This document shows, piece by piece, positions 13,602-26,370 of a stretch of DNA of 64,000 bases. Made by a program: the position numbers and the translations under genes. Positions within the stretch are counted from its first letter, which is position 1. Every line of letters begins with the position of its first letter. The notes under the pieces are model-generated. The model did not search any database. It saw only the letters and a list, made by a program, of their open reading frames with translations, and was not told where the DNA came from. Where the stretch lies: positions 1,108,916 through 1,172,915 of the forward strand of contig CAJFCJ010000020.1 of NCBI GenBank assembly GCA_904063045.1. The letters run 5' to 3'. The DNA is from Dimorphilus gyrociliatus (lineage: Eukaryota; Animalia; Annelida).

Positions 13602-14298
13602 GATAAAACAATGTAAACAATCAATTTCTTTGACGCATATATTTATATATGTAAACCGAAGTTCGTCTGCTAAACACAATTGAAAAATTATACTATAGAT
13701 GTCGCTACAACTCATTCAGAAATCTTTACCAAAATGTTTTATCTCTTCTGGTAAACGGATATAAGTCATCCTACGACTGTAGGCCTATAACATTAATATC
13801 TGAAAAAGTCAAACAACACGGAAGGTATAATTATCGATAAGTTATTAATATATTTGTTAAAGAATAACAAAAAAGTTAAAAAAGAGAGAAAATAAATTGA
13901 TAATTTCAATAGTTTATTCATTTTCTTTTGAATTCTATTAGCCTATTATAAAATGCTAGAGTCGAAAATGAGAAAAAAAACTAATTAACCTCAATAGAAA
14001 TAACGTACTGTTTATAGAATAATTTGTATCAAGTTATTATTATATTAGACTATTACACGAAAATGTAGTACTAGTTTATTTAATTTTAAATGGAAAACTA
14101 TGTTTTTATTATAATTCTTTACTTAAAAATGAAATTGAACAAATATGGTGAATGTATATAAAAACTGGTTTGATAAAAACATAGGCTTTTTTTTCTTTGT
14201 TTCTTTTTAAAAAAAAAGTAGTACTATGATTAAACAAATGAAGTTAATTAATACAAAATAGAGCATTAAGAACGAGTGTCAGAAACTTAGTTCGTTGC

Positions 14299-17200
14299 CT
14301 AATACTTGAAGACAGCCTTTAAATATGCATTATCTGATTCTGTCAGAGCTTTTTTGAAGTCATCAGCAGATGATTTTAAGTCATCATGAGTATTACAATT
14401 AGCTTTTAACGTTCTTAAAAGTTGCTCAATCTTATCTTCACCACCCTGAAATATTAAAAAATTCAAATAGATTTAATTATACTAAACTGTACAGTTGATA
14501 TGCAATATATTACTTTTCTGTCAATTCTTCTCTTTTTGATAATTTCTTCACTATCGTCAGCTGATCCTGAGTAATCTTCAAGATCTTCGGCACGTTTTTT
14601 GGCGTACTTAAAACAGAAGCGATCGTAAATTTAATGTTTGTGTCAAAATATATAAATACAAATAAATATACAATATATAATATATACATAGATGGAGAAT
14701 GCATACACTATATATTGTATTAGTATATAAACTAAGCATTTTTATAGCAAGTTATAGTTGGTAAATTATAGAAATATTTTATTTTGATTCTTGTTTAGAT
14801 AATTAATAGTAATAAAGATAGTAATAGCTTTGTCGTTTTATAATACAGTATATATACTGTATATAGGTTAAAATTACGTTTTTACAAGTGTTATTAGTTA
14901 TTATTGCGAAATATAATTTGAATAATGAATAATTGATAGACCGCATTCAAGTGGTTATGTATAACGGTTAAAATTATTTTTACACTAAAATATTTTCGCA
15001 ACGTGTTCAACGTGCCCCATCACGTTCAAGTATAAAAAAAAATGATGTACGACGAGGCGCGAGGCTTTTTAAACGGATGCCAGCCCATAGGGCGTTCAGT
15101 TCGCTACAAGACTCTAACGTGCTTACACGTTAACCGCCATTCTGCTGCCAATAATTTTAAAGGCAGCAATGGCGGATAGCATGGAAGTACTTTAGGCTTT
15201 TCAACTTTTTTTAAAACAACGCTTAAATATTAATAAGAAAATAACTGGAAGCGCAAAACTTCTCTTGATCATTATGGCATCAACATTACATTGCTGTCGT
15301 AACGATCAAACGTAGTTTAGCTTCTACAATCACCTCTAGGACTCTTTCCGGAAAATTTGTCATTCGAGCAACGTCTATACCGAAACTTCTATCACAGGCA
15401 CCTTCAAATGAGAATAAAGTTTGTTTAGTTTTAAATAAAATGTATGTCAGTTATGGGCTTACCTGCTTGGACTTGATATAAAAGGGTTAAAGTTTCATTT
15501 TCGCATAGAGCGGCAACGTGAAAATTCTTTACGGATTTAATTTCATCCGCTAGGGCAGTTAATTCATGGAAATGAGTGGCGAATAAGCAATAAGCGTCTA
15601 TTTTACTAGCAATATATCTGTAAAATATATCAATAACTTTAACGGTTTTAGCTTGCGAAACTCATTTAAATTTAATGAGTTCATTAAAATGTATAAATTT
15701 TATGTACTCTGTCCCTTCCTAAAACAGAAAAGAAAGGTGATAAGGCAAGTAAAAAAGCTTCTCTATATTGCTTTGACAGTTTTTACTGTTTTTTTCTTTG
15801 ATTTTTTTGTAAAAAAGAAAACTTCTTTGGTGTAACATTAGGTTAATATTGTACTCGGTGCATAAATAGATTTTGGTAACCTTAATTAACCTTTCAACTG
15901 AGAAATTTTGATAAAAGGCTTGTTAAAAATTGTTTTACTAACTCAGCAATGGACCATGCCAGCCCAAAACCGTCGTAAGTTGAAGTTCCGCGTCCTAATT
16001 CGTCTATAATAAGTAGGCTGTTTTTCGTAGCACACTATAAACAGAATTGAAATTAAGCAGGCGAGAACAATTGGGTATGAGGTGTTGTAAAGAAGCTGAA
16101 TGTATGAGAAAAATTACTCTTAAAATAGATGAAATTTCCAACATTTCGGCCATGAAAGTAGAGACTCCTTTCATTTGACAATCGCCAGCTCCTACCCTTG
16201 CTAATATGCCATCTGTAACGGAAATCTTTGCACTTTCCGCAGGTACAAATGATCCAATTTGCGCGAGTAACACAGCCACCCCGACTGACTTTATATAAGT
16301 AGATTTTCCACCCATATTTGGTCCTGTAATTACGACTAGCATTTGTTCACCTGAAAATAGAGGTAATCTAATATAGTATGAAATTTGTAATGTGTGAACG
16401 CTCTAATTTATGGTTTCAGGGAAGCTTTGGTACAAAAAAGACAAGAGAGATTTATGAGCGGGAAAGTTTCCACAGCATATGTCGCCTTGTTTGCACTAAA
16501 GTAACATATGCCTACGATACATTTGTTAGTATTTCAAAAGCATATTAAAAGGAACGTTTTGTTTAAATATTGAAATTTTAGAATCAATTAAACAAATAGT
16601 TAATTATATAACTATATAAGTGCTATTTCTTTCAAGAAAGCTATTATAGGTTGTATGACAGAAAGGTGTTTTAAAAGCTTATACTCTAGATGGCGTTATC
16701 ATACATTAAATAAAAAAGTTTTAACTCTTACCTCGTTTCATTAAAATATCGTTAGCAATATAGGCAACGTCATCTTGACGTTCTACGCAAGCATGTCTCA
16801 AATTTTTTATGTCAATAATTCCTTCTTCGCTATCGAAAATTTCTGGACAACAATATGGTATAGGAGCCCCAACAGCAACTTCGGCAAATGTTGACAAAAC
16901 GTCAAGTTTGGCTAACGTTGCAGCTAGATTAAGCAACGAGTCAACGTATCCAGCGGCAACAGTTAAAACTTTTTCGACTAAAATTTTTTGCATTTCTTTA
17001 TATTTTCTGGCACTTGAATCGTATTCTTTACTCAAGTCCTGTAAATTTCCCGTACGGAACTTAACTCCATCTTTTCTTGTCTCAATAATGATACAACTTT
17101 TATTATTTCGAATAGTTTTTTCATTATTTCTCGTTACGCGAAAAAAGTATCCATATTGTGAATTAGTTTCTAACTTAAGTGCTTTCCTTGCTTCTAGTTT

Positions 17201-19408
17201 AAGTTTCACAGCAACCTGGAAATGCAACTTCAATTAAGGAAAAATAACAAATAGCATAAATTTCTTTAAACCTCTTCCAGAAGATTTTCGATGTCCTGCC
17301 TAATTTCATCTAAATGTCCTTTCTGCTCCTCCAATTCAGAATCAAAATCGGCTTTAATGAAATATTCTCGACTTTCTTCAGCAGCCTTGAGATCAAGAGT
17401 TTCCGTAATGAGTTCATCGAATTTATTCAAATCACATCCTAGCTCCTAAAAAGAGATTACTTAAGAAAAAAGTTTGCTATTCGGATTATTGCATACAGTA
17501 AGTGGTCCAACAAAATTAGCTTGTATTTCTCTTTTGCCTTCTTCACTCTCATCCATCTCTAACGCCGTGACAATTTCGCTCAACCTGTTAACGCATTGTT
17601 GAATTTTATAGCAGTCCTCGAGAGTTGCTTTCCTGTTGAAAATTAATTGAATATACGAAGGATAGACGATTTGAAAATGTTAAAATGCAATCGAAATACA
17701 AACTTTCTATTAAATTTTCCACAGACTCTTACAAGATCAATAACACGAGTAGCTAATATTTCACGAATAGTCCTTCTCATCAAGCTATTGTTAACAAATA
17801 CAGATACAGTATTTTGTCTCTCTATGATAAGTTGAACATCCTTAAGTGGTTGCAAGATCCATTGATTTAATAGTCTTTTGGAAAATATATAGTGAATTTC
17901 ATGATAGTGGAATAACTAATTTCAGATTACCTTTGACCCATGGCCGTTTTACATTCATTTAGAACTCCCAATAGGGAATCTGATTGAACTCCTTGATTTT
18001 CTGGCAAAACGTTTAAAGCTTTTGCTGCGGTAGAGTCAAGTCTCATATATTGATCTAGATCAACTGTTGCTAATGTAAATTGCTGAAAGTTTTCTTCTTG
18101 ATTTAATATCTAAAAAGAAGTTTTGACATTTAGTACACTACACCGTTAAAAGCAAACAACATTGAAACCTCTAGATAGGAGATAAGAGCCGACAAACAGG
18201 ATAAAATAAGCTCACGATCAATATCAGCTGTAAGTTGAAGTATCAAAAATGTATTCTGTAAAAGACACGTAAGGTACTTACGTAAGAGAAAATCATTCTG
18301 ATTTTTCAAGAGTCTGTTCATGTCCTGTTCAATATGTTTCGGGTTAAATTCTGCTCTCTTCCGCTCATTTATTAAAATATTCGATCTTTCAAAGATGGGT
18401 TTTATTTCAGCTTCACTTGGACAAATTACACACTCTTTAGGTGAAAGTTGCACTACGGCTGCCTGTATGGAATAAAGAGAATTAATACAACAGTAAAATA
18501 GTGTCCGAAGGGAATTACTTCGAGCGTTCCAAACTTGTCGCTATCAGAAAATTGACAGACTTGAAATGTTTTCAGAGTCAAATCTACTATTGCCATCCCT
18601 ATAATCCGCTTGTTATTTTTAGTAGAGAGTCGAACAGCCATAACACCTGCTCCCGAATCCATTTCTTTTGTTCCAAATAAAACATCTTCGAATTGAGTAA
18701 GATTTCCTGGAGAAGCTTTAAAGGTGACTTTCCAGTTTTGACATTTTGCTCCAGTTCCTGCACTATTTTCAAAAACTTCAACCCTGTATTGCCTCACTAA
18801 TAATAACTCGCGAATAAATGCTTCAAATTTCGCTTTTCCTAAGCAGATTGAAGGCATAGTCTTCTTTCCTGAGCCTAAATATTTTAATCCGGCCGTTGAC
18901 TTGAAGAAAGTTTTTGCCGTATAAATAGCATCATCTCCATGTACAGAGTAGAAATCCTGGAAATCAGTTGTACATTTAAGTAGATTTCTTTCAGGACATT
19001 TCAAAATCATTTAGGTCGCATATCTACTCATTCAAAAGTGTTTCAAGAATGAGTGATTTTGACTTTCAACAGTGAGAATAAATGTTAATACTTAAACATG
19101 CAAAGTACTCTTTTTCAATTAATCCAACTAATATGAAGAAAGATAATATATACTAATTATATAAAACTAATTACTAACTGATCTATCAAAGAATCGAATG
19201 GTTGTTGGAGGTTTCTGGAAGAAGAGCGATAATTAGAGTTATTGTAAGCATTTCACAAGACCTTACCTCAGGAAGACCTTTGATAAACGTCAGAAAGCTA
19301 TTTTCTTGTATACCATCTATAATAATAATAAACAATATTAGATTGAACTTTATATCAAAGCTGATATTAAAAACCTAATTTTAATTCTTCAACTGACTGA
19401 ACCGCCAT
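14299..19408 (-). CDS. MSH2: DNA mismatch repair protein MSH2, about 16 exons
   Basis: True start [11 protein letters not shown] at 19408 with small exons (FIKGLPE|[11 protein letters not shown]|[10 protein letters not shown]). Walker [60 protein letters not shown]; stop at 14299-14301. Confidence 0.95.
15005..15180. other. GC-rich multi-hairpin element in the longest MSH2 intron
   Basis: Hairpins at 15009-15026, 15115-15132 and 15134-15175 (14-bp stem). No RNA family recognised. Confidence 0.35.
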
Positions 19409-19544
19409 CTTCGCGGGCTTATGCAAAATATTCAGATTTTTCCGTTTTACAATTGGGATTAGTATGCATTGCGCAACACTTAAACTTTCACAACTGAAAG
19501 ACAGTTAAAAAAAGATTTTATTTCGTTACTATGAACAAGTAAAA

Positions 19545-21182
19545 TTATGAAAAATTTGTATTTTGTGCCTTTGAACGAAGGAAAAATTTATAATCTCTAT
19601 AAATACATGAGGGATTTTGCTTTTTCTTCTTTCTACGAATACTTATAATATCCCCTCCGAGAGCGATATCAACTCCGTAATTATCGTCCAACGAACCACA
19701 ATCCTTAAGATGATGAAGTTTATCTTTCGTATTCTTAGCATTTGATATTTTTCTGAGAAATTCCGAGTCAATAGATGTTTGTGCAGTTCGATTTTGATAA
19801 CACTGTTTGCTTTTATTGCTAAAAGCTTTTTCTGCCTTATTTAATGATTGTAGTTGAATATTTTTGTTGGATTTATATGTAGGAATTCTATCGTAGCTTT
19901 CCACAATAACTGATGGAACCGACTTTAGACTTGAATTTAATTTATTCATATTATTCAATGTGTCTTCTAGGTTATCACCTCCATTGCATAGACTTGGAAC
20001 GGTACTTGAGTTGTTAGGAGAATTTTTACATTCTTTCAATTGATTAACATTAATGTTTACATTTGAAGTTTTAGACATTTTTTCAGCAGTAACATTATAG
20101 TCACTTAGCTTCTTATTTAACTTTTTTAATTGTCCTTGTCTGTTGAAATTTACTAAACTAGGTATACAATGTTCTTGAATGTGATACGATGAATTATCTT
20201 CATTAAATAATTCATTTGAAGGGCTACGTGGGGAGTATCTGAGTATTTCAGTATTCATTTCAGCTAATGTTGGATTATGTAGAGCTTGTAAATTCTCATT
20301 TAAATATTGGGGTTCTTCAGAAAAGTTTGGGCCTATATGCACAATTGGATCATCTTCGGCATTCTCTTGATTTATTATTTTCGTTATCTTTGTAATTGTT
20401 AAATAATAATTTAAGGGAACTGCTACAAACTATGCTTTACCTGTTCGTAATTACTTAATTGATGAAGGCCGTTCAATTGCAGTTCTCCATCTTCAAATTC
20501 CATTTCATTCGACGATTTATCTTCTAAGATTTTCAAAGGATTTTAATGACAATTATTGTTTTTGTAGGAATTTCATACAACCTAGAATAAACTTATTCTT
20601 TTTCATCTTGAAATCATAATTAATATTAAAATTATTAGGAGATGATAATTCCTCATATTTCGTGGAATTGGCTGATCTATTAGATGTTTGAGAGGAATTT
20701 GTCCCTTTCTCGCTTCTATCACTTTTCAATGCGTCTGTTGATTTTTTTGAGTATTCTGACATGAAGCTATCTGTTAGTAGATTGTCAACAATTCTATCAT
20801 CATTTGGAATTTTTCTACTAATTTTACCAAGATCAATTGAGGCAGTTTTATTAACAATTGGCAACGAATCTAATTTTCTACCAAGATGACCACTAGACGA
20901 ACTTCTCTGGGGTAGTTTATTAGCTAGAATTGATGATGGTCTTTTCTTTTCAGAATTAAAAGAAATATTTCCAATATTTGGTACCCTTTGTTCATTTTCA
21001 CTTAAAGATTCAGAAGAACTTCTTGCATCTAATATATCATTTCTAAGATTTAATTGAAATGAGCCAATAATTTCTCCCTTATTTCGATTTCTAAGCTCTC
21101 CACAATATATAGTATGTTGAATATTATCAATCAGTTCCCTTTTCACATTCAAAACACATATGTCTGCTCTACTTAAATTCAT
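19545..21182 (-). CDS. Orphan S/N/K-rich, largely low-complexity protein, about 3 exons
   Basis: Two long ORFs (214 and 265 codons) are bridged in phase by a small exon (EDKSSNEMEFEDGELQLNGLHQLSNYEQ) with GT-AG ends. No family recognised. Confidence 0.55.
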
Positions 21183-21558
21183 TTTTTTCCAGTTCAATTC
21201 AATTCTTCAGAAATTGCGATGTTTCTCTATGATCCATAGGTGCATAATTTTGAATTTTAAATTTCAATATTCAAAATATACTTATTCAAATTGACAATTT
21301 ATTATTCAATTAAATCAATGGATTATTTATTTACAAAAAAATGGATGAAACTAGTTATTCGTTATAGATTTATTGATCAGAAAAACTGCAGTTTTCGATA
21401 GCGTTAGAATATTATCACAACTAAAATTCGTACAAAAAATAAATAAAAGTCACATAAATGATAATTTCTTAAAGATCTAGTCATAGTTTATGATGTAGCC
21501 CTATTTAAAAAATAAATAAATTACATATATTTTCTGTCTCGTAAATTCTATTGTTAAA

Positions 21559-22393
21559 TTACCTTCCAAATGTTATAAGAGAAATAATTCCAAAAATAAG
21601 TTCCAGGCCAACAAAACCCAATAAAATAGCACATGTCACTACCTCTGCTCTAAGGATATAAGTTTGCCAAATTAGAAAGAATACTACAAGGACTGCTACT
21701 GGAATGCTAAGAATAATTGAGACAAAAACGGACGGTACTCTTTCTGTTAAATTTCCTTTTTGACCTGTGAATTTCATCGTTACATATATCTGTATACATA
21801 TTATATAATACAAATAAATGAGTATATTGTACCGAAATAAAGTCGAAATGCTTCAATGCCGGCTAAAAGAAAGAGAAGTACTATTTCTGATGCTAAGTTA
21901 CCTTTAGGAAACGGTAGTGTTTCACCTGCAGAATTGTATTTTAATATGTTAGTTTATAATACAATTCTGAATTATAAAAACCTTTAAAAACAAGCATTAA
22001 AGCCTCGCATATCCAAAAGAGACCAAAATACCAACCATTTAAGTATAGGAGAATTTGATACGGCAATGAAGATCGCTTTTATAGTTAAGGAAATTCTTAA
22101 ACTAAATATTTAAATTTTTTATATAACAAAATACATTATACAATAAATTAATTGCAATTTTTATCATGAAAAAAGATACAATTGGAACTCCTTGACCTGA
22201 AATAAAACAACAGTGTGTTTAGCAACAAATGATTCGATTATTTTAGATATAATTTTTATAAAATAAGCATAGGGTCATCATTATATTAATTGCTTTAAGT
22301 TGTTAAGACCTTTTCTTAATATAGCAAAAATTAAAATGAGCAGAGCTGCATAAAAATTAAAGAAAACTCTTCAAACTCACCAGTAAATGCCAT
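21559..22393 (-). CDS. TMEM216: Ciliary transition-zone protein of the TMEM216/80/17 family
   Basis: Exons 22381-22393, 22180-22196, 21982-22075, 21833-21925, 21559-21764. SSLPYQILLYLNGWYF, LPFP..NL..E...L...EAFRLYFGQKGNLTE, QTYILRAE. Confidence 0.8.
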
Positions 22394-23290
22394 AGTTAAA
22401 AGAATTCCAATAACAGTCCCGCACTGAGCGGAAACCTCTCATAGGCGCGGATTTTGAATATTATCTTTCCAAATAACTAATAAATGAGTTTAGTTCATTA
22501 AAAGATACATTATATCAATATTCATCCATTAAACTTCATCCAGTGAACAACACTTGTTACTTTATCTTCCGATGTAGCTATTATAATGCAATTGAACTAT
22601 TGTAATTCATTATTTTGTTATTTCGTAACTGTCTGAACACGTTCAGTTTGATAAAATTAGGGATAACTTCTATTTAAAAAAATACTAAATAAACAAATAT
22701 ATTTTAGTAATGAAAATTAGTTAAGCATCTCCAAAGACGAAATTATTATCTATTTATAGGAATAAATATAAAAATTAATGTTAATCAACTTTAAAGTATT
22801 AAAATGGATAACTATTTTCTACAATATTACTAAATGAAATATACAAGTATAATACTTTCTAATAAAGCAATATATCACAAAAAACGGTAATAACTGCAAA
22901 CAATGTACTCTACAGTAAATACAAACTATTTTAACTAATTTTGGACCATAATAACGAAGTAATCTTATGATCTGCATTAATATATTAATCGTTTTTTATG
23001 ATTTTTGATTTAATTTATCAAGGAGATTAAAACTGAATTCTAAAATTTCTAAAAAATTTCAGAATAATGAAAATCTTTGCTACTTTCTTTAAGTATGGAG
23101 TTTATACATTTATGAAAAGTAACCGGTTTCTATTGGCGACCGGTGTCTATGTATGATATTCTCTTTCCGGTAACGTGGTTTGTGTTTACTTCCGAAATTT
23201 ATATTGCTTGTGCAATAATTTGTTCAATATATAAGTTGGTTTCAATCACTTATTTCTATAAGAAATATTGTTACTATACCATATGAGAGA

Positions 23291-25886
23291 ATGCCTAACG
23301 CAGCAAGAAATAAGAGAACAAACAGGAGAACCTTTTCAGGCACTCACGACACGTGTCCTATTTGTCATGAGGAGATCACTGCTTATGCTGTTTCTCGGTG
23401 TAATCATCCTACCTGCTTCGTTTGTGCTATAAGGATGAGGGTTTTAATGGAGCAAACCTACTGCTCTATTTGCAGAGCTTCAACACCCAAGGTATAAAGA
23501 TTATTAGAGAATTAAAGATGAATCGGTGCTTTTTTCACTTTTCAAAAAGCTGATTTAAAGAGAAATTTAAATAAAAAGATCATGTTTTGTCTTTCTTATT
23601 GTCAGATTCTCTGCACAAAGAAACCTTGTCGATTTGAAGAAGTTGATACAACGAATTTCTTACGAAATAAAGAATATGATGGTATACTCTTCGAAGAGAA
23701 TTCAATTAAGATAGAAGTTGAAGACCTACTACTGAATCCGTGTCAAGTATGTAAAAAGCTGTTTGATAGCTTTTCTAGCTTGAACATTCATGTAAAAAGG
23801 GAGCATGAAGTATTCTTTTGCGATTTGTGTTTGACAAATTTGAAGGTATTCTTAACAATATTTTACTTATTTTTTTAATAACCTTATATGATTTCATTCT
23901 CTTAGATATTCACATGCGAAAGAAAGCTATATAATAGATCCGACTTGGCTACACATAGACGCAAGGGTGATGCTGATGATAAATCATATAGAGGTCATCC
24001 TTTGTGTAAATTTTGTGATGAGAGATTTTTCGATAATGATGCTCTGGTTCGTCATCTGCGGACAGAACATTACTTTTGCCATTTCTGCGAGGCCGATCAA
24101 ATATCAAATGAATTTTTCTCTTCGTATCCAGACCTGAAGAAGCATTTTAGAATTAAGCACTTTCTTTGTGAAGAAGGAGAATGTCAAAAATCGCAATTTA
24201 CAAATGCATTTCGCACAGACATGGATTATAGAGCCCATATTGCCAGAAATCATTCAAACAAAATGAGCAAACAAGAAGCGAAACAGATACGAACATTTGG
24301 AATTGACTTTTCCTATAGAGGAGGACGAGGACGACGTTACGGTGGAAGAGGAACCAGTGAGCATGAACCTGTAAACGATAATTTAAATAGCTCATTTGAG
24401 GAGCCTAAAGAACCTGAGGTTTGAATAGCAAAGTCATTTCATATTTTCATATTTTGTAAAATACATTTGCATTTGCTGACAGAAATTCAGCGAAAATCCT
24501 GAGGATTTTCCAACTTTAGATGGCAGAGTTTTAGGCGGCTCAAATTCAGATAAAGAAAAAGGCTCGGAGTCCAAAGATACAATGGCTCGCAGGCTTGCAT
24601 TTAATACAGGTCAGTCAGTTCAAGAAGGTGAAATGGGAGACTTTCCTGCTCTTAATAAAGAAACGAGAGTTAGCAATAATTCGGGAAAATGGGTTAGAGG
24701 TGTTCAGAAAGAGACGCCAAAATCACGCGCTTCTGATGACTTTCCACAATTACCAAAGAGTCAGAAACCAATTTCTTTATCCTCCCGTCCAGCACATAAT
24801 CCTGCACCAGCTCAACCTCGAGTAGTTAAAGAAAAACCGAAAACCCCTGCATATTCTATTAATGATGATGATTTCCCTGATATACCTCAAAGTAAACATA
24901 TACCATTTGGAAACGTGCTATCCCAAGCTCCGGAATCGAAAATTTCGATTACAAACCCTTCGGAGATAAGAAATTCACAAGCAACTTATAATGTTACACA
25001 ATATAAACGGCCTGATGTCTCCAATACTGATGATTTTCCAGCTTTAGGAAAGCCTAAAGCTAATGTAAAGGCACCCACACCAGGCGTATGGAAAGCACAA
25101 AGTAAAAAAGAAAAAAAGAAAAAAATTGAACCAGAACCAGAAGAAGATCCAATTCCGGGCTTATTACTAGGTGAAATTGCCGGTTTAATAATAAGTACTA
25201 AGCAGAAAGGAAAATCAAATCATAAAGAGAAGGAAGGAACTGTAAAAGCAAATTTAAAAGAGAAGGAAGAAAGTTCAGCAACTGAGAAATTAGAAAAATT
25301 AGATGAAAACACATCGCTGAAATCTACTAACGAAGTGAAAAGTTTAAAGAAGCCACCACCCGGATTTGAGACAGTTCCCAGACGTCTTAACATTGAACAG
25401 ACTGCAGCTATCCTTTACTTGCCCGTAGAAGATTTCCATCTTCGCAATGAAAAGTTACAGAAAAAAATTACAACTTATCTGCACGATTTTTCAGACTCAC
25501 TTGAAAAATTCAAGGAATTAGCGCAAAACTTTCGGCAAAGTCTTTTAACTGGCCAAGAATACTTTATAGAATGTCAGAAGTTGATTGGTGTCGAGGAATT
25601 TAAGGGGATTGTTGAAGAATTAATAGCTCTCTTGCCAGATATAAGTAAACAAAATGAGTTATTATCCGTTTTCAATACGATGCAGGCCAAGGATAGTAAG
25701 CGCAAGAGCTGGAAAAAGAATGAACATTCATTGGTTACTTGTCCAAATTGCAAACAGGTTTTAAGAACTGGTGATAAACGTAATCACGAATTATCACACT
25801 CAAGTGATCAATTAGATTTTCCAGAACTAGGTTCCGCCCCAAGTAATCGATTTGGAATGAATTCTTGGAGTGGAAAACTTACTTGA
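23291..25886 (+). CDS. ZNF598: E3 ubiquitin ligase ZNF598/Hel2 (ribosome quality control), 4 exons
   Basis: N-terminal RING (CPIC...CNHPTCFVCAIRMRVL...CSICR), C2H2 array (GHPLCKFCDERFFDNDAL..HLR..HYFCHFC), PPPGF motif at 25353-25367, C-terminal zinc finger. Confidence 0.93.
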
Positions 25887-26370
25887 CAGCTGAATTAGGT
25901 TGTAATATAATTATTATTTGTTTCTAGATATGATTTCGCTTTAGTTCACTTTGATAAATTTCAAAGTTTAGTGTATGTACTGTGTTAATGGGATTTGAAT
26001 AAAAGAGAAATACAACTTTGGGAGCTGCCTAATAAATGAATTATGTATTAATTTTTCGTTCTACAATTAAATGACTCCAAATAAAATTTATTGAGTTATG
26101 AGTTGTTTTATTTTTGAAATTAGGTTTAATAGTTTATTGTAATAAATAGAACATTTAAAAACAGATAATTGTTTAAAATGTAAAAAAAAAGACCATACAT
26201 ATAACTAAAATTTACATATTTTATAAAGAGTGCAGTAGTACAAAGAGACATAAACATTTTATCTTTTAAATATTGCACAACGTTATGAAATAGTGAGAGG
26301 CTTCCACTCAAATATATACGAAAAATATGTTATTTATGCATTATAGTATCATACTGTATAGTATTTTAGC

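Noticed and set aside
13602-13715. N-terminal extension of GPN2 in the ORF track, and the MSH2 start at 19010
   Set aside because: GPN2 homology begins at ATG 13601. The MSH2 ORF start lies in an intron; the true start is at 19408.
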